Shown in pieces: positions 27,264 to 35,454 of a stretch of DNA of 64,000 bases. Origin of the DNA: an uncultured Candidatus Saccharibacteria bacterium (GTDB lineage: Bacteria > Patescibacteriota > Minisyncoccia > Phycocordibacterales > UBA12445). Made by a program: the position numbers and the translations under genes. Numbering within the stretch: the first letter of the stretch is position 1; the number at the start of each line of letters is the position of its first letter. A model generated the notes under the pieces. That model was given only the letters and a program-made list of their open reading frames with translations, was not told the DNA's origin and searched no databases. The DNA lies in NCBI GenBank assembly GCA_964649715.1, contig CAZYTH010000006.1, forward strand, positions 6,341 through 70,340, written 5' to 3'.

Positions 27264-28847
27264 ATGTCGCCGTACAAAGAAACTCAGATACCGAGAAGAG
27301 AGCTGGAGGGAAAATTAGAGAATCCCGATATTTTGAAGTATGTTCCTGAAGAATCGGCGACCTTTTATAAGTTTGTTCCCATCTCTTTTAAGGATGGTGT
27401 TTTAGAGTTTGGCATAACAGATCCTGACGACACAGATGCAAGAGATGCGATAAGCTTCACAGCGAATAAATACAACTTACCTTTTAAGATATTTATAATT
27501 TCTGAGGAGGATTTTAGATCTGTTTTAAAGATATACAAGGAGATGTCGGGGGAAGTTCACGAAGCTCTACAGGAGTTTGCGACAACTCAGGGCAGGCCCG
27601 AGGCCGCTGACTCTGTTACGACAGAGTTAATGAAGGATATTACTGCAAAAAAGACTGAAATATCCACAGAAGACGCCCCAATGGCAAAGATTGTTTCAGT
27701 TATTATTCAAAATGCGGTTGAAGGAAATGCTTCAGATATCCATATCGAGCCGACTTTGGATAAGGTTATGGTTAGGTTTCGAATGGATGGTGTACTTCAC
27801 CCAAGTTTGACTCTTCCGATAAACATAAGCGATGCTATTGTTGCAAGAATAAAAATACTCACGAATATGAAGTTGGACGAAAAGAGGGTTCCTCAGGATG
27901 GAAGATTTTCTGCAAGAATAGGCGGAAGACAAATAGATTTTCGTGTTTCCACTTTCCCGACATATTTTGGAGAAAAGGTGGTTATGCGTATTCTTGATTT
28001 TGAAAAAGGAGTCAAAAAAATAGATCAGCTTGGATTTACCGATTCCCACATGGGTGCAATAAGGGAAGCGCTAGATAAGCCATATGGACTTGTACTCATA
28101 ACAGGCCCTACAGGTTCAGGTAAGACGACAACCCTCTATTCTATGCTTGGCGAAGTAGACAAAGAAGAAAATAACGTTGTTAGTTTGGAAGACCCGATAG
28201 AATACAACATCAAGGGAGTTGCGCAGTCGCAGGTTCGTCCCGAAATAAAATACACCTTTGCCTCAGGTCTTCGTTCTATATTGAGACAAGACCCAGACAT
28301 CATAATGGTGGGAGAAATAAGAGATGCAATCACCGCAAGACTTGCCATTCAGGCCGCGCTTACAGGGCATCTTGTTTTTTCTACTCTTCATACAAACAAT
28401 TCCATCGCCGCTATTCCTAGGCTCATAGATATGGGTATTGAGCCATATCTTATCGCTCCTACTCTTGTGTTGGTCATCGCCCAAAGGCTTGTGGGGACTC
28501 TTTGTCCAGAATCAAGAGAGTCAATACCAATCACTCCCGATATGAGGAAGATGTTTGAAAATCAATTTGCCGATCTTCCTGAAGAATATAAAAAAGACAT
28601 TAAAATTCCCGATTCAGTATATTCTGCTAAACCTTCATCTTCATGCACTACGGGGACGAGGGGCAGAACCCCAGTTCTTGAAGTTATGACTGTTGATAGA
28701 GAAATGCAGGCGCTCATTTTCAAGAATCCATCAGAGGGAGATGTAAGGAAGTTGGCACGAAGCAAGGGTATGATGACAATGAAAGAAGATGCCTTATTGA
28801 AGGCTTTTAATGGAATTGTCGGTATAGAAGAAATAAGCAAGTTATAG
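27264..28847 (+). CDS. pilB: Type IV pilus assembly ATPase PilB (GspE family)
   Basis: Walker A 'LITGPTGSGKTTTLYS', 'GEIRDAITARLA', and a tetracysteine-like 'CPESRE..CTTGTRG' region. 527 aa with an N-terminal GSPII_E_N-like domain. Confidence 0.9.
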   Translation: MSPYKETQIPRRELEGKLENPDILKYVPEESATFYKFVPISFKDGVLEFGITDPDDTDARDAISFTANKYNLPFKIFIISEEDFRSVLKIYKEMSGEVHEALQEFATTQGRPEAADSVTTELMKDITAKKTEISTEDAPMAKIVSVIIQNAVEGNASDIHIEPTLDKVMVRFRMDGVLHPSLTLPINISDAIVARIKILTNMKLDEKRVPQDGRFSARIGGRQIDFRVSTFPTYFGEKVVMRILDFEKGVKKIDQLGFTDSHMGAIREALDKPYGLVLITGPTGSGKTTTLYSMLGEVDKEENNVVSLEDPIEYNIKGVAQSQVRPEIKYTFASGLRSILRQDPDIIMVGEIRDAITARLAIQAALTGHLVFSTLHTNNSIAAIPRLIDMGIEPYLIAPTLVLVIAQRLVGTLCPESRESIPITPDMRKMFENQFADLPEEYKKDIKIPDSVYSAKPSSSCTTGTRGRTPVLEVMTVDREMQALIFKNPSEGDVRKLARSKGMMTMKEDALLKAFNGIVGIEEISKL

Positions 28848-28902
28848 TTTTTGTTTTGAATATTTTTGTATCTTTTATAATTTTAAAAATTAAGCGAATA
28901 TT

Positions 28903-29964
28903 ATGGATTTCAAAAAAGAAATAGAAGAATTGGTCGGTATCGCTCTCAAAGAGGGAGCTTCTGACCTTCATATTACAGCGGGTAGAAAGCCAACCATTAG
29001 AGTTTCTGGAGAATTGATACCCCTTATATCGAAATCCGTGCTTACTCCTGATGAGACGTTAAATTTATCTTTAGAGCTTCTTTCTGAGGCGAATAAAAAG
29101 ATTTTTCTTGAAACAAAAGACGTTGATTTCGCATACGATTCTCCTTTCGGAGTTAGATTTAGAGGAAACGCATTTTTCCAAAAAGGTACTGTTGGTTGCG
29201 CTCTCCGTGTTATTCCAAAAAAGATCAAGACTGTAGAGGAGCTAAACTTACCAAGTGTTCTCTCGGAGTTTGCCTTCAAAGAGCAGGGATTTTTCCTCGT
29301 TGTTGGTCCTGTTGGTCAGGGTAAATCGACGACACTCGCCGCTATGATAGATTTGATAAACAGAGAAAGGGCTGAACATATTTTGACGATAGAGGATCCA
29401 GTAGAATATATTTTTGAAAGTAATAAATCCATTATAGACCAAAGAGAGGTAAAATTTGACACAGAGAGCTTTCAGACCGCGCTTAAATCAATGTTTCGTC
29501 AAGATATAAATGTTGCGATGGTGGGAGAAATGAGGACAGCTGAAACCATAGGCATCGCGGTTACCGCCGCAGAAACAGGACACCTTATTTTATCTACACT
29601 TCACACAAATAATGCTTCTCAGACAATAGATCGTATTATTGATTCTTTCCCTGGTGATCAACAAAATCAAATAAGGATACAACTTTCATCATCTCTTCTT
29701 GGTGTTTTCTCACAGAGACTTATCCCGAGAATTTCAGGCGGTCTTATTCCTGCTTACGAACTTCTTATAAACAATAGCGCAGTTTCAAATTTGATAAGAG
29801 AAGGGAGGACTGCTGAGATAAACGTTGTTATCGAAACAGGCACAGAAAGTGGTATGATAGATTTGAACCATTCACTTGCGGAACTGGTCAGGAGGGGAGA
29901 GATAACAGTTGATAATGCGGTAAGATATTCCCTTAATCCGCACAGCTTAGAAAGACTACTTTAG
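28903..29964 (+). CDS. pilT: Twitching motility / pilus retraction ATPase PilT
   Basis: 353 aa. Walker A 'VGPVGQGKSTTLAAM', 'VGEMRTAETI'. Typical PilT length. Confidence 0.9.
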   Translation: MDFKKEIEELVGIALKEGASDLHITAGRKPTIRVSGELIPLISKSVLTPDETLNLSLELLSEANKKIFLETKDVDFAYDSPFGVRFRGNAFFQKGTVGCALRVIPKKIKTVEELNLPSVLSEFAFKEQGFFLVVGPVGQGKSTTLAAMIDLINRERAEHILTIEDPVEYIFESNKSIIDQREVKFDTESFQTALKSMFRQDINVAMVGEMRTAETIGIAVTAAETGHLILSTLHTNNASQTIDRIIDSFPGDQQNQIRIQLSSSLLGVFSQRLIPRISGGLIPAYELLINNSAVSNLIREGRTAEINVVIETGTESGMIDLNHSLAELVRRGEITVDNAVRYSLNPHSLERLL

Positions 29965-30038
29965 AATAATTATAAAATTACGAATTACGAATTAAAAAAA
30001 TTCATAATTCATAAATCGTAAATCATAACTAATCAAAC

Positions 30039-31244
30039 ATGTTATTCAATTATAGAGCCGTAAATGAGAACAATGAACCCAAAGAAGGGGTTTTTGATGC
30101 CGTTACGATGGATGTCGCAATTTCCTCTCTCCAAAAGAAAGGTCTTGTTATTGTTTCCATAAACCCAGTTGGAGAAAAGATTGGTTTTGCAAAATTCTTT
30201 GAACAATTTGAGGGAGTGAAGATGAAGGATATCGTTATAATGTCTAGGCAAATAGCGACTCTTTTTGAAGCAAAGGTCTCGGCTCTTGAAGCATTCAAAC
30301 TTCTCGCAGGAGAATCCGATAGTGCAATGCTGAGAAAGGTTATGACGGGTATCGTCGATGACCTCCAGAGCGGTCTTCCTATATCTTCCGCAATGGCAAA
30401 ATACCCCGAAGTTTTTACACCATTCTTCGTTTCAATGATACGTTCAGGAGAAGAGTCCGGAAAATTAACCGAATCTTTCAACTTCCTCGCCGACTATATG
30501 GAAAGATCTTACGAGCTCACCTCAAAAGCGAAAAACGCTCTTATTTACCCTGCTTTCGTTATCGCTTCCTTTGTTATTGTTCTTATACTGATGCTTATTT
30601 TCGTCATTCCAAAACTTTCCGAAATTCTTCTTGATATTGGTGGCGAGATTCCTCTTTCCACTAAGATTGTTCTCGGGGCGAGTCAGTTTCTTTTAGATTA
30701 TGGCATTTTCTTGCTTGCCTTGATTGCCGTTGGTTCTGTTTTTCTATACAGATATTTCAAAACAGAAGAGGGTTCTTCAGTTCTTGCTGATATAAAGATG
30801 AAGACTCCATACATCGGTCATCTTTATAAAATGTTTTATCTTTCAAGGATTTCAGACAATATGCAGACCCTGATTTCTTCAGGAGTCGCTATGGTTCGTT
30901 CCGTCGAAATAACCGCCGATGTTGTTGGTTCTGAACAATATAAAAAAATGCTCACAGACGCTTCTACCCAAGTAAAGGCGGGTATTGCACTCTCAAAGGC
31001 ACTCGGCCGTTATGAAGAAATGCCAAGAATATTCATTCAAATGCTGAAGATCGGGGAAGAAACAGGAAATATCGGTTTCGTTTTGAAGACAATGTCCCGA
31101 TTCTACAAGAGGGAAGTGGACACCGCCGTTGATACCCTTGTGGGACTCATCGAGCCGTTCATGATACTTGTCCTTGGCCTCGCAGTTGGTATTCTATTAG
31201 TCTCGGTTCTCGGCCCTATCTACAACATCACCACGGGAATCTAG
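30039..31244 (+). CDS. pilC: Type IV pilus inner-membrane platform protein PilC (GspF family)
   Basis: 401 aa with two GspF-type repeats and 3 TM regions. Synteny after pilB and pilT. Confidence 0.85.
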   Translation: MLFNYRAVNENNEPKEGVFDAVTMDVAISSLQKKGLVIVSINPVGEKIGFAKFFEQFEGVKMKDIVIMSRQIATLFEAKVSALEAFKLLAGESDSAMLRKVMTGIVDDLQSGLPISSAMAKYPEVFTPFFVSMIRSGEESGKLTESFNFLADYMERSYELTSKAKNALIYPAFVIASFVIVLILMLIFVIPKLSEILLDIGGEIPLSTKIVLGASQFLLDYGIFLLALIAVGSVFLYRYFKTEEGSSVLADIKMKTPYIGHLYKMFYLSRISDNMQTLISSGVAMVRSVEITADVVGSEQYKKMLTDASTQVKAGIALSKALGRYEEMPRIFIQMLKIGEETGNIGFVLKTMSRFYKREVDTAVDTLVGLIEPFMILVLGLAVGILLVSVLGPIYNITTGI

Positions 31245-31273
31245 CTTGCGCTGTCGGGTATTTGGAACATGAA

Positions 31274-31358
31274 CGAAACCGGGTTTATGGTTGTGAAATA
31301 AGGATAATCAAAGCCGATAGCTTGTTATCCCTCACTCCTCTAAACCCGGTTTCTTGGT
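31274..31358 (+). repeat. Structured ~85-nt repeat element, copy 1 (terminal inverted repeat GAAACCGGGTTT...AAACCCGGTTTC)
   Basis: About 80% identical to copy 2 at 33048-33133. The ends are reverse complements and could form a 12-bp closing stem. Confidence 0.55.
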
Positions 31359-31364
31359 GTAATT

Positions 31365-31600
31365 GTAATTTCTCTTCGTCATTGCGATCCGCCTCTGGCG
31401 GAGAAGCCCGCCCGAACGACCTCTGTTCTGGTCGGGCGAGGCAATCCAGATTTAGTTTTATATTTCTGTCTGGATCGCCACGGTCGCTCTGCTCCCTCGC
31501 GATGACGATTACCATTAAAGTCTTTACATTTCCCCATCTTTTTTTGTTTTTGTCATTCCCGCGAAGGCGGGAATCCATGTAGTGGAATCTATGTATCTTG
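31365..31600. other. GC-rich, hairpin-dense non-coding island (candidate structured RNA or foreign DNA remnant)
   Basis: Local GC is far above the genome background. Hairpins include TTCCCGC-GAAG-GCGGGAA, ATCCAGA...TCTGGAT, and long-range pairing of TCGTCATTGCGA with TCGCGATGACGA. Both ORFs predicted here are low-complexity Arg-rich artefacts. Confidence 0.35.
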
Positions 31601-31748
31601 CCACCATTCATTTCGGACTGGTTGGAAATTTGGATTTGGAAATTACTTTCTCCTTTATCCACAGCCTCTGTTTTGCTTTTAATGTCCTCCGAGAGTATAA
31701 TTTATTATGCAAGGGAATGTTTCCTCGCTTTTGATTTATTTCGGTCGA

Positions 31749-31763
31749 TGGCGACAACATTGC
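31749..31763 (+). promoter_or_regulatory. Candidate sigma-54-type promoter upstream of pilA1
   Basis: TGGCGACAACATTGC against the consensus TGGCAC-N5-TTGC, with the GG and GC dinucleotides correctly spaced. About 100 bp upstream of the pilA1 ATG. A 7-bp-stem hairpin ATCCGCAaacTGCGGAT (31838-31854) sits just before the start. Confidence 0.25.
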
Positions 31764-31863
31764 CTGCGAGAAGTTTGTATAAAAACAGAACTTCCTTTTA
31801 CCACTTAATTTTTTAAAAGAGTATTAAAAATTAATTTATCCGCAAACTGCGGATTCACAATAA

Positions 31864-32409
31864 ATGAACAAAAAAATTGACACGATAGTGTCATCCCCGT
31901 GCAGACGGGGATCCATGGGTTTTACGTTAATCGAACTCCTCGTCGTCATCGCCATCATCGGTATGCTCGCCTCCACCGTCCTCGTATCTTTGGGTGGTGC
32001 CAGACAAAAGGGAAGAGATGCAAAAAGAATTTCCGACCTCGCAAACATAAGAACAGCTCTTGAGCTTTATTATGATTCCACAGGAACGATGCCAGATGAC
32101 ATATATACTGGATTGCCTTCTGAATTTATCAGCAAGGTGCCAAAGGATTCTGATGATTCACCTTATAAGTATTATGCTTACAAAAGAGCAGGTGCCACAA
32201 ATTGCACCTACTACCACCTCGGTGCCATTCTGGAGGCTGATTCCAATGTCTTAAGAGAGGATTCAAATATAAATTCCGGAGCAGACCCTATTTCAGACAC
32301 CACTAAATATACAAGTTGTGGGGGGACGGCTTTTAACGGAAAAGGCACAAATTGTGCGGGTGATGATGTCTCGCCTAATTCCAATTGTTATGATATTGGA
32401 AACAATTAA
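31864..32409 (+). CDS. pilA: Type IV pilin (major pilin candidate) with a long leader peptide
   Basis: '...RGSMG|FTLIELLVVIAIIGMLASTVLVSL' prepilin peptidase site (G|F, Glu+5). 181 aa. C-terminal Cys pair. Confidence 0.85.
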   Translation: MNKKIDTIVSSPCRRGSMGFTLIELLVVIAIIGMLASTVLVSLGGARQKGRDAKRISDLANIRTALELYYDSTGTMPDDIYTGLPSEFISKVPKDSDDSPYKYYAYKRAGATNCTYYHLGAILEADSNVLREDSNINSGADPISDTTKYTSCGGTAFNGKGTNCAGDDVSPNSNCYDIGNN

Positions 32410-32414
32410 ACAAA

Positions 32415-32999
32415 ATGACTATGAACAACAAAATTAACACAACAGTGTCATCCCCGTGCAAACGGGGATCCAGAGGATTCACCCTCATCGAACTCCTCGT
32501 CGTCATCGCCATCATCGGTATGCTCGCCTCCACCGTCCTCGTATCTTTGGGTGGTGCCAGACAAAAGGGTAGGGACGCAAAGAGAATTTCCGACCTTGCA
32601 AATATAAGGACAGCTCTTGAGCTTTATTATGATTCTAAGGGTGAGATGCCCAAAAGTCTTTATGGCAGTGCTGCGGGTTTGGCTCCTGATTTCATTTCAA
32701 AAGTTCCCACAGACCCAGATGGAAGAAATTATTTTTATTGGCCAATGAAAAGAAGTTCAAGCACGGGAACTAAATGTACTTATTACCATCTTGGTGCTAT
32801 TCTAGAGGCTGATTCAAACGTTTTGGCGGAAGATATGGATAGAAATACCCTTACCTTACCGACAGGAATGGCTGCTTGTGACGGAGACTCTTCTGTGTTG
32901 AACACCGCAGGCTTCCCAGGCAGAAGTGTTGCTTGTGCAACGACTCAGTTGGGTGATGATGATAACAAAAAAGACAGATGTTACGACATAGGAAACTAG
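32415..32999 (+). CDS. pilA: Type IV pilin paralog (tandem duplicate with divergent C-terminal half)
   Basis: N-terminal ~70 aa nearly identical to pilA1, and the DNA includes an ~83-bp 100% identical stretch. 'CTYYHLGAILEADSNVL' is shared. The C-terminus diverges. Confidence 0.85.
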   Translation: MTMNNKINTTVSSPCKRGSRGFTLIELLVVIAIIGMLASTVLVSLGGARQKGRDAKRISDLANIRTALELYYDSKGEMPKSLYGSAAGLAPDFISKVPTDPDGRNYFYWPMKRSSSTGTKCTYYHLGAILEADSNVLAEDMDRNTLTLPTGMAACDGDSSVLNTAGFPGRSVACATTQLGDDDNKKDRCYDIGN

Positions 33000-33047
33000 T
33001 TTCCTCAAACCACCAAACCAGAATCCGAGTCAATGATTTACCACAGC

Positions 33048-33133
33048 CGAAACCGGGTTTATGAGCGTGAAATAAAGACAACCGAAGCCGATAATTTACC
33101 TTCCTTTTACCTCTCTAAACTCGGTTTCTTGGT
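33048..33133 (+). repeat. Structured ~85-nt repeat element, copy 2
   Basis: CGAAACCGGGTTTATGAGCGTGAAATAAAGACAACCGAAGCCGATAAT...CTCTAAACTCGGTTTCTTGG, homologous to copy 1. Confidence 0.55.
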
Positions 33134-33244
33134 TCGTCTTTGATCAAAAGTTCCCCCTATTTGTAATTTGTATACGAATCGTGGTATAATTAGAAGATAA
33201 GTTATTAATTAGTAGTTTAATAGAAGTTATAAGTCGAAAAAAAT

Positions 33245-33703
33245 ATGAAAAAGAAAGGTTTTACGTTGATAGAACTTCTCGTGGTCATTGCGATCATCGG
33301 TATCCTATCATCAGTTGTAGTTGTGTCGTTGAATAGCGCAAGAGCAAAAGCTCGTGATGCAAAGAGAGTTGCAGATTTAGGAGAAGTAAAAAAGGCTTTA
33401 ACATTGTATTTCGATACAAATCAAAATTATCCCGACACTCTATCTGGTCTTATTCCTGTTTATTTACAAACATTGCCAGTTCCGCCAACTGGGACAGAAG
33501 TTTATAATTACACCCCATCAGCAGACAGTCTTAGTTATCACTTAGGAGCTACTTTGGAACAAGTCCTCCCGAATTCAGGAGTTCTCGCTTCAGACAGAGA
33601 TTGTACTTCTGTAGAAGGTGCGACCGCAAATCTTTGCTTTGATGCTGGAGTTGCTGGAGGATTCGATGGAACTCTCGACCTCGTATATGATGTCACTCCG
33701 TAG
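33245..33703 (+). CDS. Type IV pilin (third pilin, short leader)
   Basis: 'MKKKG|FTLIELLVVIAIIGILSSVVVVSL'. An extended -10 TGGTATAAT at about 33182. Terminator hairpin at 33737-33772. Confidence 0.8.
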   Translation: MKKKGFTLIELLVVIAIIGILSSVVVVSLNSARAKARDAKRVADLGEVKKALTLYFDTNQNYPDTLSGLIPVYLQTLPVPPTGTEVYNYTPSADSLSYHLGATLEQVLPNSGVLASDRDCTSVEGATANLCFDAGVAGGFDGTLDLVYDVTP

Positions 33704-33820
33704 TTAAGAGTGTGGCGTTGATTGAATTTAAGAAAAAAACCCCGCAGGGCATCTCGTCCCGCGGGTTTTTCCTTTGTCCTCTCCTCTTAAAACACTTGGA
33801 CTCCCGGAGTCCAAGTGGCC

Positions 33821-34540
33821 TTATATCTCCTCGTTTATTTCTTCCTTTCTGGCAATCATATCCGGCAAATTCCCTTCTGCAAAGTCTTTGTATGCTTTCT
33901 TGTCCTTAAATTGTCCCAAAATAATATCTTTTTCACACTGAATAAGCGGTTCACCGTTTAACTCTTCGGAATACTGTTTCCAGCTAGACCTCACAAACTT
34001 GGACTCCGGGAGTCCAAGTGTTATCTTGTGTACAAGAAAATTTAGATTTATGTAAGAGCTTAAATGAAGCAGATAGGCATCATTTTTTATGTGTTTTGCC
34101 TTGAATCTACCGCCAAATAAGGCACCTTTTCTTCCATATTTTTCGTTAAAATATTTTGAATAGCCCAAAGACATTCTGTGCATAAATTTTTGCACTCCTG
34201 TCTCTTCTTTTTGCACAAGCAGAAAATGAAAATGATTTGGGTTTATGCAGTAGGCGACAATGCCGACCAGTGGTTTTTCCTCATTTTCTTTTTTATTTTT
34301 GTTAAAACTTTTTTGAAGTATACTTCCGATTAAATTAACATTATTAAATTCAAGTATTCCTTGCATGAATCTTCCAAGGTCTTTTTCGTCTTCGAATATT
34401 CGTCTTTTATCAACACCACGATTAAAAACGTGATAATATTCTCCATTTGCGAATTCTGTATTTCTTATTGGCATGTTTGGGATACTACCACTTGGACTCC
34501 GGGTTTCCAAGTACAAAAAACTTGGAAACCCGGAGTCCAA
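33821..34540 (-). CDS. IS200/IS605 family Y1 (HUH) transposase, possibly a REP-associated tyrosine transposase
   Basis: 'YHVFNRGVDKRRIF', 'VAYCINPNHFHFLLV' (HUH = HFH) and 'NEKYGRKGALFGGRFKAKHI' match the TnpA_IS200 fold order. 239 aa, with a C-terminal extension relative to canonical ~140-aa TnpA. Confidence 0.7.
   Translation of the reverse strand: MDSGFPSFLYLETRSPSGSIPNMPIRNTEFANGEYYHVFNRGVDKRRIFEDEKDLGRFMQGILEFNNVNLIGSILQKSFNKNKKENEEKPLVGIVAYCINPNHFHFLLVQKEETGVQKFMHRMSLGYSKYFNEKYGRKGALFGGRFKAKHIKNDAYLLHLSSYINLNFLVHKITLGLPESKFVRSSWKQYSEELNGEPLIQCEKDIILGQFKDKKAYKDFAEGNLPDMIARKEEINEEI
33997..34019. repeat. Palindromic element copy (ACTTGGACTCC-G-GGAGTCCAAGT) inside the transposase gene
   Basis: Perfect 11+1+11 palindrome, translated as '...LGLPESKFV...' within the TnpA reading frame. 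Confidence 0.7.
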
Positions 34541-34628
34541 GTGAAGTCAATTTTTATACAGTAGAGGGGGTGTAGGGGGTGGTGAATGTCCACAGTTTTA
34601 TTTTTATTTTTTGTGCTATAATAATCCT

Positions 34629-35435
34629 ATGGAGACAATTATTTATCTTGCAATTTTTATTCTTGGAACTATTGTCGGAAGTTTTTTGAATGTTGTTATT
34701 CTCCGATACAATACAGGCAAGAGTGTTGGCGGTAGATCTATGTGCTTCACTTGTGGAAAGACATTAAAGCCAAGCCATCTTGTTCCCTTATTTAGTTATA
34801 TTTTACTTCGCGGAAAGTGCGCATTTTGTAAAACGAGAATATCTTCACAATATCCTATAATTGAAGCACTCACGGGGCTTGCCTTCGTGCTTCTCGCATA
34901 CAGAGTCGCATTTGAGCCGATACTTTTCTTTTATCTCACCGTCTTTTCAATATTGCTTATTATCGGAGCTTATGATTATCGCCACAAGATAATTCCCGAC
35001 GGGCTCGTGTTTCTCTTCATCGGACTCTCCCTCCTTCGCGTTGTCGCCGAATATTATGAATTTGGCGGAGATATTGTAAGTGAACTTATGTCGGGTATCT
35101 TCATTTCAGGATTTTTCGCTTTTTTGTGGCTTGTGTCGGGTGGTAGGTGGATGGGTTTTGGCGACGCCAAGCTCGCCCTCGGTATCGGGTGGTTGCTCCC
35201 TTATTGTATGAACGTTAGCGCAATTGTCCTCTCTTTCTTTTTGGGCTCAATCATCGGCCTCTCGGTAATGTTTTTCCAGAAGGTCACCGCAAAGGCATTA
35301 GGCAGGCCATATCATTTTGAAAGTGAGATACCGTTTGCTCCATTTCTTATCCTTGCGACATTCATTACATTTGCCTTCAATTTTGACCTTCTAGGATTTG
35401 CTATGGGCGGTGTTTTTAGCTGTCTTCCTTTTTAG
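34629..35435 (+). CDS. pilD: Prepilin peptidase PilD (A24 family)
   Basis: N-terminal 'GSFLNVVILR', tetra-Cys 'CFTCG...CAFCK' zinc motif, and about 7 TM helices. Start taken at METIIYL. Confidence 0.85.
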   Translation: METIIYLAIFILGTIVGSFLNVVILRYNTGKSVGGRSMCFTCGKTLKPSHLVPLFSYILLRGKCAFCKTRISSQYPIIEALTGLAFVLLAYRVAFEPILFFYLTVFSILLIIGAYDYRHKIIPDGLVFLFIGLSLLRVVAEYYEFGGDIVSELMSGIFISGFFAFLWLVSGGRWMGFGDAKLALGIGWLLPYCMNVSAIVLSFFLGSIIGLSVMFFQKVTAKALGRPYHFESEIPFAPFLILATFITFAFNFDLLGFAMGGVFSCLPF

Positions 35436-35454
35436 TTTGAACAAAAAAGACGAA

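Larger units (their letters stand above)
33783..34543 (-). mobile_element. IS200/IS605-like (RAYT-like) unit: Y1 HUH transposase gene bounded by palindromic hairpins
   Basis: 25-nt perfect palindrome CACTTGGACTCC-C-GGAGTCCAAGTG at 33783-33807, just 3' of the gene. A composite 23-bp-stem hairpin at 34489-34543 overlaps its start. An internal copy lies at 33997-34019. Confidence 0.7.

Noticed and set aside
31365-31600. Possible RNase P RNA, SRP RNA, 6S RNA or tmRNA in the GC-rich island
   Set aside because: None of the universally conserved motifs were found: the RNase P P4 'AGGAAAGUCCGG', the SRP domain IV 'GGAAGCAGCC', or a tRNA-like tmRNA end.
31262-31662. ORFs 31262-31582 (+) and 31285-31662 (-) in the GC-rich island
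   Set aside because: They are mutually antisense Arg/Ser/Pro-rich low-complexity reading frames within a hairpin-dense GC-rich segment. More likely non-coding RNA or DNA than protein.
34361-34564. 67-aa plus-strand ORF with 'WTPGFQVQKTWKPGVQ'
   Set aside because: It is simply the translation of the composite palindromic hairpin at the transposase 5' end, antisense to the transposase gene.
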